From positions 320,001 through 384,000 of the IMG/VR virus record IMGVR_UViG_3300011989_000257: DNA of 64,000 nucleotides; one strand, given 5' to 3'. Made by a program: the position numbers and the translations under genes. The notes beneath the pieces were generated by a model. It worked only from the letters and a program-made list of their open reading frames with translations. It did no database searches and had not been told where the DNA came from. Every line of letters begins with the position of its first letter. Within the stretch, counting starts at the first letter, position 1. The DNA comes from a virus (taxonomy: Duplodnaviria; Caudoviricetes). This document shows, in pieces, positions 8,188 through 18,330 of this stretch.

Positions 8188-9933
8188 TTAAGGATTATCT
8201 GACTTCGGACAAGGGTTTTGTGAGTCATAATTATCATTATCTCTCTGATAGAAATAAACCTTACCTTCTGTCATCCAATCATTGCTTGTCTTGAAGCTGC
8301 AATCGCATTCTCCACCAGTAGTCGTTACTGTTACTGTTCCTATCCTTTTTTCACCAGTTGTGTTTTCGGCTACTTTATAATGGACCATTCCATGACTACA
8401 CTCTCCAGAGGTGCTTAATGTCCCTGTATATATTTCCACTGTAAATGTAATCCAGTCATCATTAGATACAATATTGAAATCTGGAGAATGATACTCTCTG
8501 CTAGCTACTGTGCTACCAGTGCCAACATTTTTGCCATATCCAAAGTATATTCCATCACCAATTGCTTCTCCGCACGCTGCGATACCACAGTCTTTACATG
8601 CCCCAGCATTACATCCATAATAGTCTCCATCATGAGGTCCAGACCACCATCCACCTCTTGGTGGGGCATAAGATTTCCAAGGTTCGCAAACTTGTTTTGA
8701 CAAGTTTGTAACTCTACCCATGTTATCCATTGTCCTATACCCAATTATAGGGTCTTCACCACCGCACTCGCCTGTCCTATATTGTGCTTCGCCTTCACAA
8801 TATATTGTACTAAAGCCATATATTGTGTTACATTCCTCTGGTGTAGGAGGCGCTTGGCAAGCTGAGTCACTTGAACAAGAATTACACCTTGCTGAAAACA
8901 CCTTCGTACATGACTCAGTTCCAAATGATACCGTAACTGGTATTTCAACCGTTATCCCATTTGTGGGTATTTCACAGCAATCCATCTCAATTCTATCAAG
9001 TGAATATGAATTTGATATATTACCCGATTCATGAGAGGTAGTAGCTGACATTCTATCATAATCAATATCACCGCAGCCATCTTTCCACACATAATTGGTA
9101 GTTATAGTTACAGAACTAATCGCTTGTACTGTTAAAGTTTGCGATGGTATATAGCAAATTTTAGACCCAGCTTCATGGACACTTTCAATCAATAGATTAG
9201 AAGGCGATGATTGGCAATTAGTTAAGCTATAACTAGATGCAGATGATGATGTTTCAATCCATTGTCCGCTACCATTCCCGTTTTGTGTTACATTTACTGT
9301 ATTACTTTTAACTGTGTTTCCTCTCCAAATTGTTGATGCATAAATGGAATCGCTCCTTTGCGAAGAAGATGAGTTTTTATCTATAGAATATGATGAACAA
9401 TTACTAATTCCACCATGTGTTAACGTCCAAGATAAATCTTCACAATTTCCATTAATAGTTTCAACGACTGTTGGTCCAACAATTGAACATGAACTGTTCA
9501 TTGACTTAGAATATCTTGTATAATTGTACGTGGTAGTAACATTTGCACTATCTCCGCAAGCATCAAGACTTGATGTTTTGCTTAATGAAATAGATATGTT
9601 ATTTAATGTTGTATATCTTATTGATAAGTCCTTCTGATTTACTTCTTGATTAGGAGCATAAGGAGTTTCAGTCGAACCCCCTGTATATGTTGAGTTAACA
9701 ACAATGCCGTCGTTATCATATCTAGCATCAGTTGGATGAATATAAGCAAGTTGTATAATAGCCCCACTAGACAATTCTCCATATGTTGGGCAATAGCTAT
9801 CGCCTTTTGAATCGTCAACAGTAAGTATACTATTATCAACACTACTATGCAAATAGTTGCCTATAAAAGATTTCAAATATCCAATTGTGATAACTTTCAA
9901 GCATTCAGTTTGTTTTTCTTGACAACATGCCAT
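8188..9933 (-). CDS. Cys-rich putative virion protein with a C-terminal BACON-like domain
   Basis: C-terminal SNDDWITFTV...YKVAENTTGEKRIGTVTVTT is a typical BACON pattern; many cysteines. Confidence 0.7.
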   Translation of the reverse strand: MACCQEKQTECLKVITIGYLKSFIGNYLHSSVDNSILTVDDSKGDSYCPTYGELSSGAIIQLAYIHPTDARYDNDGIVVNSTYTGGSTETPYAPNQEVNQKDLSIRYTTLNNISISLSKTSSLDACGDSANVTTTYNYTRYSKSMNSSCSIVGPTVVETINGNCEDLSWTLTHGGISNCSSYSIDKNSSSSQRSDSIYASTIWRGNTVKSNTVNVTQNGNGSGQWIETSSSASSYSLTNCQSSPSNLLIESVHEAGSKICYIPSQTLTVQAISSVTITTNYVWKDGCGDIDYDRMSATTSHESGNISNSYSLDRIEMDCCEIPTNGITVEIPVTVSFGTESCTKVFSARCNSCSSDSACQAPPTPEECNTIYGFSTIYCEGEAQYRTGECGGEDPIIGYRTMDNMGRVTNLSKQVCEPWKSYAPPRGGWWSGPHDGDYYGCNAGACKDCGIAACGEAIGDGIYFGYGKNVGTGSTVASREYHSPDFNIVSNDDWITFTVEIYTGTLSTSGECSHGMVHYKVAENTTGEKRIGTVTVTTTGGECDCSFKTSNDWMTEGKVYFYQRDNDNYDSQNPCPKSDNP

Positions 9934-9960
9934 AATAATATTTTTTTTATTAAATTATTT

Positions 9961-9990
9961 AATGGTGGGTAGGAGTACTACCCACCATCA
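9961..9990. terminator. Stem-loop between the tail fibre and the downstream gene
   Basis: ATGGTGGGTAG-GAGTA-CTACCCACCAT perfect inverted repeat. Confidence 0.65.
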
Positions 9991-9993
9991 TTA

Positions 9994-12900
9994 TTATTTA
10001 TTTTTTTCTTCTAGCTCCTTAATTCTTTTTTCAAGTTGGGCTATTCTATAGTCAACATTAGACATATAAGCAACTAAATTATCATTAACTTTTCTCAAAT
10101 GGGCTAATTTAAGTATCATAAGTGATGTATAGTCTACTGCAAGATTTCCATCTTCGTTGGTATATACAAGTTCGTTAAGACCAGCATCTTGTACATCTTG
10201 TGCTATAACACCATAGATTTTGCTCTTATTTTCATCATTCTTGAAATTATAACTCTTATAGTTTATATTAGCCACTCTATCCATTTCATCATCTGTGACA
10301 AGACTAATATTTTCCTTAAGATTTCTATCTGATGAATAAATCTGCTGTTGTGCTGTCACAACACCATTAACGCAAAGATTTCTATTAACTGTAACGCATT
10401 GTCCAGCTGCTGTGTCAATTGTAACAATATTACTTAAATTAACATTACCATTAGTATCTAGTGCATTTGTTGTTACTTTATTACTAGCTGTAATGTTAGT
10501 GCCGCTTATCGTATCGCCTTTTACAGTTGTGCCACTTATATTTGTGCCATTAATGCTAACACCATTAATATTAGTTCCACTTATAACTGGACTCTTTATA
10601 GTAGAGGTAGCATTAATTGTTTGTGCGCTAACATTTGTTCCACTTACAGTATCAGTAGCATATAAATTAGCAGTATTAATCCTAGTATTTGCACTAATCG
10701 TATTCGCACTTACATTATTAGCCCTAATTGCAGCAGAAGCTGTAATGTTAGTGCCACTTATAGTAGGCGAAGTAACGCTTGTTGCGCTTATTGAAGAAGC
10801 AGATGTAGCTGCAAGCGTTGTATTACCAGTAGCGGTAAGAGTTCCAGCACTTACGGTTGCGCCTTTCACAGTTGTACCACTTACAGTAGCACCGCTAACA
10901 GTGTTACTAGCGTACATATTAGTAACATGCATGTTTGGAGTTGTTTCGGCAGAAATTTTATTATCTCCACTTGTTGCATCATACCAAACGCTAAGTTTCA
11001 CATTATGGTTTGCTGCTGTACCATTATCGCTTGGATTTACTGCTTCCAAATCCTTAACAAGTTCTTTTGCTGGAATATCTGTTGTTGTTTCTGATTCGGT
11101 TCTAGAATCTGGGTCAAATGTGTACCATACCAACCTTATAACCCATTCTCCGCTTGTGTCTTGAACAACCGACGCACTCTTAAGAGCCTTATCTTTTGCC
11201 ACCTCAATAGTATTAATATCAACGCCATTTTGTTTTATAGTATAAACCGTTGCAAGGCGTGTATCAGAAGGGTTAGTATTTTTCTCAATAGTAATAGCAC
11301 TTCTGTTTAATACTTCACAAAGGCTTGCGTTAACAGTAGTAGAAGTTATGCCAGTACAATCTGGCTTAAGGTATAATTTGCCTCCTATTGTTGTGTCACC
11401 ACTGATTGTTGTATTACCACTAATATAAGTTGTACCAGTAATATTGAAGTTAGCCTTATTATTAATGGTTGTAGCAGTATTGTTAATAGTGGTGAAATTA
11501 TTGTTATTGGTTGTTCCACCTTCATTAATAGTAGTACCGCTAATATTAATAGTAGTTGCTGTAGAATTATCACAAGCCTTACCGATATTTGTAGTAGGAG
11601 CACCAATACTAGCACTTGTAGAACCCTTAACACAGAAATCCTTTGCACTTATATTAGTGTTATTGGTCGATGTGATATTAACTGTTCCACCAGTCTCATT
11701 AAGTGTGTCCTTAGCAAACACCTCAACATCGCCACCAGTTCCGCTAGCTTGGATTGTAACCTTGTTGTTAGCACCATTGGTCTCTACATTCGTATTACCA
11801 GTAGACTTAATATTCGTAGTACCATTTGTGTTGATTGCAGTGTTACCACTCTCATTTACAGTAAGGTTTCCACCATTGATGTTCTGAGTTTGTGCTGTTA
11901 TACTGATTGTACCAGCAGTACCACATTGCTGTAGATTGATAGCATTGCTCTTCACAATATATTCATTACAGAACTCGAATTCAGCAGTACCACCAGTATT
12001 GCTACACTGCTTAAGTGTATACTTATCAGTTGTTACTTCAATCTTTCCGCAAGAGTTAATTGTTGTATTGGTTTCACTTATTGAAAGATTTGTACCATTA
12101 AGATTTGTATCAGTGCTATTAATTGTGCTAGTTGCTTCTGTTACATCCAAACTAGTGCCGCTCAACGTAGTAGAAGGTGTCTTAGCTGAAATGCTTGTAG
12201 TTTCATCAAATGATAATGTTTTACCACTTGCCTTTATATCAGTTTGGTTGATAACAGTCTTACCATTACCAGCAGCGCATTCTTGAATAGTGAATGCATT
12301 TGTCTTACCACTTATTCTTCCACAAGATTCAATATCTGTGTTAGTTTCTACAACGCTAAGGCTAGTACCACTCACATATGTGCTTGGGGTCTTAGCAGAG
12401 AGTCTTGTAGCCTCAGTGATGTCAAGTGTATTACCACTCAACGTTGCTGTGGTTGCAGATGTATTTGCTGTACCGATAATGGTAGTTGCAGTTGTTGCGC
12501 TTGTATATGCACTTGTTGATGTGGTATTAGCAGTTAATGCTCTCTTATTGGTTGTATTACCGCTAAGATTAAGAGTTGTTGCGCCAGTAACATTTGTAGT
12601 ATTACCACTGATTGTAGTTGTAGCGCCGCTCATATTAAGTGTAGTAGTACCAACAACAGTAGTTGCACTACCCTTTGTAGTTCCATCACAAGCGATACCT
12701 ATGTTAGTGTTTACCTTACCATAGAAATTAGCATTTGCTTGGGAATTTATACAAGTATTGCCTGTTGAATATATGCTGTGTGCGCCAGTTGTATTTTCAG
12801 CCTTGTCAGCTAGGTTTTTTTCAGTTACATTACTTGCTTTAGTTTCAGTTGTAGTACCAGTCGTATTGACAATAACATTGCCTGTTGTATTAACTGTATA

Positions 12901-13794
12901 ACCACTCTGATTGTTCTCAGTAACTTGACCCTTGAATGTCTCTGTTGTGCTACCGCTTGTTGCCCTCGTTACATTGTTCTTATTGTCCTCGGTTACAACA
13001 CCAGTTCTTGTAATATTGGTTGCTCCAGCCGTGCTCTCAGTCTTATCAGAAAAGTTATTCTCTATAACATTGCCAGTCTTATTCTCAGTCGTTGCTCCAC
13101 TAACTGTCAAGTTTTCAGTTCCTACAATAGTAGTTCTTGTGGTAGCACTTTCATTAAGAGTTGTTATCTTATTTGTCTCGTTCGTTATCGTTGATGTTCT
13201 ATTGGTGATTGTCTCAGTCCAATTGGTGTCATTTGCTGTAACGTCAGTTGTCTTGATTGCAAGGGTATGACCAATACGTGTGCCAGTACCATCGCCATTT
13301 GCGATTGTTGTGTTACCACTAAGGTCACTCTTGTCAGTTACGGTAATTGAACTGAACGATGGGTTTGCACCAATCATCGCATAACGTGACATATCAATTG
13401 CTATACCAGCACCATCAGTCTTACCACCATCAGTTGAAGGATTAACTGGCTGACCATCTATATCAACAGCTCCGTTAATCTTGTCATACTTAGGTGTGTT
13501 CTTTGCTGCCACCTGGTTAATCTTGATTTCAATGTTTGAACGGTTGGTGTCAAGATGCACATTGTCAACGACTCCACTGTAAGGCATAACCTCTTTCTTC
13601 TCAATCCAGTCAATGATGGTTGAGTCTGAAGAGAATCTTACAACTTTGTCATCTGAGTTCTTAATTGAAAGGAATTCTTTTTTTGCGGAATTGTTCACCG
13701 CAATTTCACCCACCTCAAGTGATTGTGGGGTTGGCTGCTTATCCGCAATACTGCTATGGATATGTTGCAGCTTTTTTCTGTCTTTTGTTGCCAT
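9994..13794 (-). CDS. Tail fibre/spike with Thr/Asn/Ser-rich beta-repeats and a C-terminal intramolecular chaperone (peptidase S74)
   Basis: N-terminal P....L..GEIAVN; long SG.T.. repeats; SSDRNLKENI...GVIAQDV...VDY and a terminal coiled coil. Confidence 0.9.
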   Translation of the reverse strand: MATKDRKKLQHIHSSIADKQPTPQSLEVGEIAVNNSAKKEFLSIKNSDDKVVRFSSDSTIIDWIEKKEVMPYSGVVDNVHLDTNRSNIEIKINQVAAKNTPKYDKINGAVDIDGQPVNPSTDGGKTDGAGIAIDMSRYAMIGANPSFSSITVTDKSDLSGNTTIANGDGTGTRIGHTLAIKTTDVTANDTNWTETITNRTSTITNETNKITTLNESATTRTTIVGTENLTVSGATTENKTGNVIENNFSDKTESTAGATNITRTGVVTEDNKNNVTRATSGSTTETFKGQVTENNQSGYTVNTTGNVIVNTTGTTTETKASNVTEKNLADKAENTTGAHSIYSTGNTCINSQANANFYGKVNTNIGIACDGTTKGSATTVVGTTTLNMSGATTTISGNTTNVTGATTLNLSGNTTNKRALTANTTSTSAYTSATTATTIIGTANTSATTATLSGNTLDITEATRLSAKTPSTYVSGTSLSVVETNTDIESCGRISGKTNAFTIQECAAGNGKTVINQTDIKASGKTLSFDETTSISAKTPSTTLSGTSLDVTEATSTINSTDTNLNGTNLSISETNTTINSCGKIEVTTDKYTLKQCSNTGGTAEFEFCNEYIVKSNAINLQQCGTAGTISITAQTQNINGGNLTVNESGNTAINTNGTTNIKSTGNTNVETNGANNKVTIQASGTGGDVEVFAKDTLNETGGTVNITSTNNTNISAKDFCVKGSTSASIGAPTTNIGKACDNSTATTINISGTTINEGGTTNNNNFTTINNTATTINNKANFNITGTTYISGNTTISGDTTIGGKLYLKPDCTGITSTTVNASLCEVLNRSAITIEKNTNPSDTRLATVYTIKQNGVDINTIEVAKDKALKSASVVQDTSGEWVIRLVWYTFDPDSRTESETTTDIPAKELVKDLEAVNPSDNGTAANHNVKLSVWYDATSGDNKISAETTPNMHVTNMYASNTVSGATVSGTTVKGATVSAGTLTATGNTTLAATSASSISATSVTSPTISGTNITASAAIRANNVSANTISANTRINTANLYATDTVSGTNVSAQTINATSTIKSPVISGTNINGVSINGTNISGTTVKGDTISGTNITASNKVTTNALDTNGNVNLSNIVTIDTAAGQCVTVNRNLCVNGVVTAQQQIYSSDRNLKENISLVTDDEMDRVANINYKSYNFKNDENKSKIYGVIAQDVQDAGLNELVYTNEDGNLAVDYTSLMILKLAHLRKVNDNLVAYMSNVDYRIAQLEKRIKELEEKNK

Positions 13795-13860
13795 ATTTTA
13801 ACTAAATAGTTTATTAAAGAAAAGCAAGTAAAGACTTGCTTAAATTATTAACATTTTAAT

Positions 13861-13867
13861 ATAAATA
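13861..13867 (-). promoter_or_regulatory. Putative phage late promoter motif TATTTAT
   Basis: Upstream of the tail fibre; the same motif precedes other structural transcription units. Confidence 0.5.
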
Positions 13868-13920
13868 TTTAGTTATTGGAAAAATACCTTATATTTTGTA
13901 AGGTATATATAATTTAAAAT

Positions 13921-14238
13921 ATGGGATTTGTTTATTTAATAGGGGAAATAGATAATAATGGAAGATATAAGATAGGTTCTACTAGGGCAAAAGATGTAAA
14001 TCACAGACTGAAACAACTTCAAACGGGTAATTCCTCTGAACTGTATATAAAGGAAGCATTTGAGACTGAACAGCCTTTCAAACTTGAAAAAATGCTCCAC
14101 AATCACTTCAAATATAAGAACCTTAATGGTGAATGGTTTGAGTTATCGGAAGCCGACATAGAGGCTTTTAAGGGCATCTGTGAGGAAAAGATAAGGATTA
14201 TTGATTCGTTGAAGGATAATCCATTTTTTAAAAAATAA
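13921..14238 (+). CDS. GIY-YIG family nuclease (T5orf172/MUG113-like)
   Basis: GFVYLI...YKIGST...RLKQLQTGN...LEKMLH...GEWF. Confidence 0.9.
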   Translation: MGFVYLIGEIDNNGRYKIGSTRAKDVNHRLKQLQTGNSSELYIKEAFETEQPFKLEKMLHNHFKYKNLNGEWFELSEADIEAFKGICEEKIRIIDSLKDNPFFKK

Positions 14239-14270
14239 AAGGAGAAGCCAAGTAGGTTTCTCCTTTTTTT
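14237..14270. terminator. Bidirectional intrinsic terminator
   Basis: AAAAGGAGAAGCC-AAGTA-GGTTTCTCCTTTTTTT between convergent genes. Confidence 0.75.
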
Positions 14271-14313
14271 AATCATAAATTATGCTATAGATAATACTTC
14301 TTATTGCCATTTG

Positions 14314-16473
14314 TTAGGAGAATTCTCCTTCATATGTACCATCTAATTCACTATCGTGACCTTGCATCTGCTTTAATATAATGCCGTTATATTTTACCAT
14401 AAACCCATTGACGTGTATCAATGAACCTCCACACCATTTCGTACCTTCAAGGTAACTTTGTACTGAGTTAGCTGATGTTCCTCCAGTATAATTCTGGAAA
14501 GATGTTGGTATACAATCTTCATTATCACTACTAAAGAAAGAACGCCTATAATATACTTCAACTTGCATTGTGGTTGGTTGGCCATCCACCTCAAAATCAG
14601 TCACATCATAACCAGTGTATCTATTATAGTCCCCAGTTACCATTGGACCTTCTTCATAATCATAGTATTTAAACTTGAAACTATAAGTATGCACAGGTCC
14701 TTCTTGTGTTACCTTGATTGTCTCACAATGTCTGCCATCTATATCATCAATATATACATTAGCGCTCCTTTCAGAAGTTGCTTGACTAATTGAATTGAAT
14801 TCAAGTTTACCATTCGTAGAATTGACATCAAGCCAACCTTCTGCCTCGTTGTTATTAATGTATACTGTACAATCGTGGCTATATGTTGTATTTGCACTAG
14901 AATAAGCCGCATTGCCAAGTGTTATGGCTGTAGTACCTACTTGTACATTTGCCTCTTGACAAGTACAAGTTGATGGTGTTGCCCCTTGTTGAGTAAACGT
15001 ATACTGCGCACACTTAGTTGTGCCTACATATATTCCTATATCTTCTGTTCTAGCAGTAGTTTCTGTATTTGCAGCAACAGTACCATATACATTTCCATTG
15101 CTTACTGTCATATTAGTAATAAAGTCTCCACCGCTAACTCTCTTAGCAGTAAGTCCAGGGTCACAATCATATGCAAAACTTCCTATTAGGATATTAGTTC
15201 CACCTTCTGCTGTAGCTCCTCCACTTAACCCTTGTATATTTGCATCTTCACAAGTAGTACAAGGTTCAGCCCCAGCTTGCACAACAGTGAAATCATCAGA
15301 GCAATTACCAATAGTTGCAGTATATACTGACGTTCTCGTTGCACTAGTGTTAGGTACTGATACTTTTGCTGAAATTGTACCATTTGAGAAACTGAAATCA
15401 GTTAGGAAATCAGTACCACTCTTAATTGTTGCTGACCAAGTTCCACTACAAGTTGATGAGTATGTACCAAGGTCAACCCTTGATGTTGTCACAGCACTTG
15501 ATATCGGATTCTTATGACCAGTTGCATTACAAGTACAAGTTTCTGTTTTTGGATTTTGAGTTAATGTAAATGACTTAGTACAAATCTCAGACCCAGCTTT
15601 ACCCGTCACAGTTATTTCTGTTGCTCTAGTATTAGTTGTGCTAGTATTCTCATTTATAGATGCTTTAATAGAGCCATTGCTTGCTGATATGCTAGTTATC
15701 CAATCTGCTGGTTCTGATGCTGCAATGTTTGTAACGCATCCAGCAGTATAAGTTCCAATTTCAAAATTGTTTCTTGCAGATGAGTCTATTGTCTTGTCTC
15801 CACTTACCTTTAAGTCATTACACTTACAAACTAGAGCGCCCAATTGAGTTATTGTGAAATCTCTTGATGGGCATTCTTGGCTATTAACAATCCATCGTAT
15901 AGTGCAAGACCTAGGTTTGTTAGTTGGATTTGGCGCAACAGTATATCTAATTGTACCAAGAGCATGTTTATACTCACCAATTTTATTGACAGCATCTTGT
16001 ACAACCTTCGGCAATGATGTCAATGGTGGGTTATGCTCTGCATTACAAGGGTCAACTTGTGTAGTTACCAATCCAGCTTGATACATAAGGTTATTTGCCA
16101 CACAAGGATAAGAGCCATAGTTTGTACACATCATTGATGGGTCATCCGTATCCCAATAGTACTTATTTATTGTAATCCAAGTCGAAGCACTTTCTGGTGT
16201 GAACTGAGGTGTGCCATCTACCCACAAAAATGCACTGTCACAAGTTGCAGCTCCAGTTGATGGAACATTATCCCATTCACCTCCATCAACAATGAATTTA
16301 TTGCAAACATCTTCTTTTTTAACAATAATGGTTGTTTTTGATTCGCACATACCATTATTGTATATTACAGTATATTTGTCTTTTAAATTAATACATTCTT
16401 TATTAAATGTGACGATTCCATTGTCATTAATGTCTACACAATCATCATCTGGTATAATTTTCCAATCTCCCAT
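14314..16473 (-). CDS. Putative virion adhesin/decoration protein (paralog of 5943..8159)
   Basis: Same N-terminal module (MGDWKIIP..D.NG..TF), Cys-rich BACON-like repeats and shared C-terminal domain. Confidence 0.75.
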   Translation of the reverse strand: MGDWKIIPDDDCVDINDNGIVTFNKECINLKDKYTVIYNNGMCESKTTIIVKKEDVCNKFIVDGGEWDNVPSTGAATCDSAFLWVDGTPQFTPESASTWITINKYYWDTDDPSMMCTNYGSYPCVANNLMYQAGLVTTQVDPCNAEHNPPLTSLPKVVQDAVNKIGEYKHALGTIRYTVAPNPTNKPRSCTIRWIVNSQECPSRDFTITQLGALVCKCNDLKVSGDKTIDSSARNNFEIGTYTAGCVTNIAASEPADWITSISASNGSIKASINENTSTTNTRATEITVTGKAGSEICTKSFTLTQNPKTETCTCNATGHKNPISSAVTTSRVDLGTYSSTCSGTWSATIKSGTDFLTDFSFSNGTISAKVSVPNTSATRTSVYTATIGNCSDDFTVVQAGAEPCTTCEDANIQGLSGGATAEGGTNILIGSFAYDCDPGLTAKRVSGGDFITNMTVSNGNVYGTVAANTETTARTEDIGIYVGTTKCAQYTFTQQGATPSTCTCQEANVQVGTTAITLGNAAYSSANTTYSHDCTVYINNNEAEGWLDVNSTNGKLEFNSISQATSERSANVYIDDIDGRHCETIKVTQEGPVHTYSFKFKYYDYEEGPMVTGDYNRYTGYDVTDFEVDGQPTTMQVEVYYRRSFFSSDNEDCIPTSFQNYTGGTSANSVQSYLEGTKWCGGSLIHVNGFMVKYNGIILKQMQGHDSELDGTYEGEFS
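14316..14970. repeat. Dispersed direct repeat, copy 2
   Basis: See 5945..6610. Confidence 0.9.
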
Positions 16474-16489
16474 TATAAATTATTTTTTT

Positions 16490-18133
16490 TTAATTAGTAG
16501 GTACGTCACCTTTTGCTTGGTTTAACCTATTATCATAATCTTTAACGGAGTGCGCTATTGCATTTCCAGCCGAACCAAGCACTCTACCCATAATAGTATC
16601 AGAAGTCCAATGCCATCTTGCAATAGTTCTATTTATTGCAAATTGGTTGGCTGCTTTCATTATCTTGTCAGCTTTATTTGGCATCAACTCAATCAAAGTC
16701 AATGCTCCACTCCATATTCCGCTTGAGTGTCCAGATGGATACGAGTTCGCTGGTAAAGAGTTCTTTTGCGCTTCACAATAATCCGACTTGGTATTTCCTT
16801 GGATATATGTGTAACCAACAAAGTCACCATTGGTATTATATGTCTTATATTGATTTGATGAAACACATCCATCACCATCTTCTATACCTTTATCACATAG
16901 TTCATTCCTCCTATCATCTATTTCTGAATTCTTTTTTGCTTCTTGCTCCCAAGAACAACCAGGTCTTAATCTTCCATATTGTTTTGGGTTCACATATGGA
17001 GAAAGTAATATCTTACGGTAATCACTTCCAACATCCACCATTGCATTTATCAAATTTGGTAAATTACCAGTGTCGTTTAACCTAACGCCTATTGTGTCAG
17101 TACCGAATACTGGGTGAAAAGTGTATGTACCAACAGTCCTATTGTCACCAAATAAATGTTCATTGCAAGCCTCTTTATCAGCAATTGCTTGAACTGTCAT
17201 TTGTTTTATATTAGAGTCGCTAGAATTAAGGTTATATGTTTCGACTATATGTTCGTGAATAGTTCTATCTACCTTTGTGTTACTGTATTCTTCTTTTTCG
17301 TCTGGAATAATATTTGAAGGTCTAGATTTATATCCTGGTGCGTAAGGTCCTGGGGCAGTCGGCATAAATTCCCTTAAATCAGTATAGAACCCATTTTTAT
17401 TTATCACGTAATTCTGTATTGCGCTTTCACTCTCTAAAGATAATTGCCTATAATAATCAAGGGTTTCACTATACTTGCTTCCACCTACTTCAGTTCTCAT
17501 TGTAGAAATGTTAGGACTCATTTTGCCTCTCATTGCTGCATATATTCCAGATGCTACAAGCCTAGCAACGTTTGGGTCTGTTTTGAACTTATACCCAAAT
17601 ACATTGCTTTTGTTAGTATACCCTCCAAGTTCATATCCAGTCTTAAATATGGCAACCCTGTTACTAGGTTTCAATTCTGCAAGTTGCAGTGCGAATAACC
17701 ATCCAATAAGTGTGTCAAACGCCTTTTTCTCTGTGCCATCTTCGCCATAATAATTATATACATTTGGAAAGTTTTCTTCTTTATATAATTTAGGCAAATC
17801 CTCTTCAGTGCCACCATCAAATTGTTCCTTTGCTTCGGCATATAATTTACACAAGTAATTATATGTGTTTTCATTTGGGTTAAATGTGTGTCCAACAGCC
17901 GTTTCAAATGCTTTTATATAGTCATCACAATCAGTTGGAGTTGGTGGTGTTGGACCTGGTGGAGTAGGTGGAGTTGGTTCACTTCCAACTGTAAACATTG
18001 CACTTGCTGAACAACTTTCACTAGTATATTTCACTATGTATGTATTTCCATCTGACCCATCAAGGAAAGTTGCTTTACCAGTATTTGAATCAAATTTTAC
18101 AAAATCTGTTGGACTAATTGACCAATTTCCCAT
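16490..18133 (-). CDS. Class A acid phosphatase/PAP2-superfamily enzyme fused to the shared N-terminal module via a Pro/Thr linker
   Basis: KQYGRLRP, SYPSGHS and NRTIARWHWTSD (RX5HX3D) motifs; N-terminus MGNWSISP..D..TG.ATF. Confidence 0.85.
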   Translation of the reverse strand: MGNWSISPTDFVKFDSNTGKATFLDGSDGNTYIVKYTSESCSASAMFTVGSEPTPPTPPGPTPPTPTDCDDYIKAFETAVGHTFNPNENTYNYLCKLYAEAKEQFDGGTEEDLPKLYKEENFPNVYNYYGEDGTEKKAFDTLIGWLFALQLAELKPSNRVAIFKTGYELGGYTNKSNVFGYKFKTDPNVARLVASGIYAAMRGKMSPNISTMRTEVGGSKYSETLDYYRQLSLESESAIQNYVINKNGFYTDLREFMPTAPGPYAPGYKSRPSNIIPDEKEEYSNTKVDRTIHEHIVETYNLNSSDSNIKQMTVQAIADKEACNEHLFGDNRTVGTYTFHPVFGTDTIGVRLNDTGNLPNLINAMVDVGSDYRKILLSPYVNPKQYGRLRPGCSWEQEAKKNSEIDDRRNELCDKGIEDGDGCVSSNQYKTYNTNGDFVGYTYIQGNTKSDYCEAQKNSLPANSYPSGHSSGIWSGALTLIELMPNKADKIMKAANQFAINRTIARWHWTSDTIMGRVLGSAGNAIAHSVKDYDNRLNQAKGDVPTN

Positions 18134-18330
18134 TAATTATTCTCCTCGTATTTTAAATAAATAATTGTTGTATTGTCAGGTTTATTGATTCTGTTAACCT
18201 CAACTATCTTACCACAACTCTTTTTATTATTTTTTAATAATATATTAAATATTTTAAATAATATATTATATATAATATTATAAATATTCTTAAATATATT
18301 CATATATTTTAATAATTTTAAGTATAAATA

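Noticed and set aside
10412-13270. Plus-strand hydrophobic Val/Leu-rich ORFs that look like membrane proteins
   Set aside because: Antisense shadows of the Thr/Asn/Ser-rich tail-fibre codons; no independent promoters or start context
5945-14970. Diversity-generating retroelement (TR/VR pair) explaining the duplicated adhesin 3' ends
   Set aside because: Both copies are coding, the differences are not adenine-specific and include synonymous changes and an indel, the repeat is much longer than a typical TR, and there is no reverse transcriptase in the window
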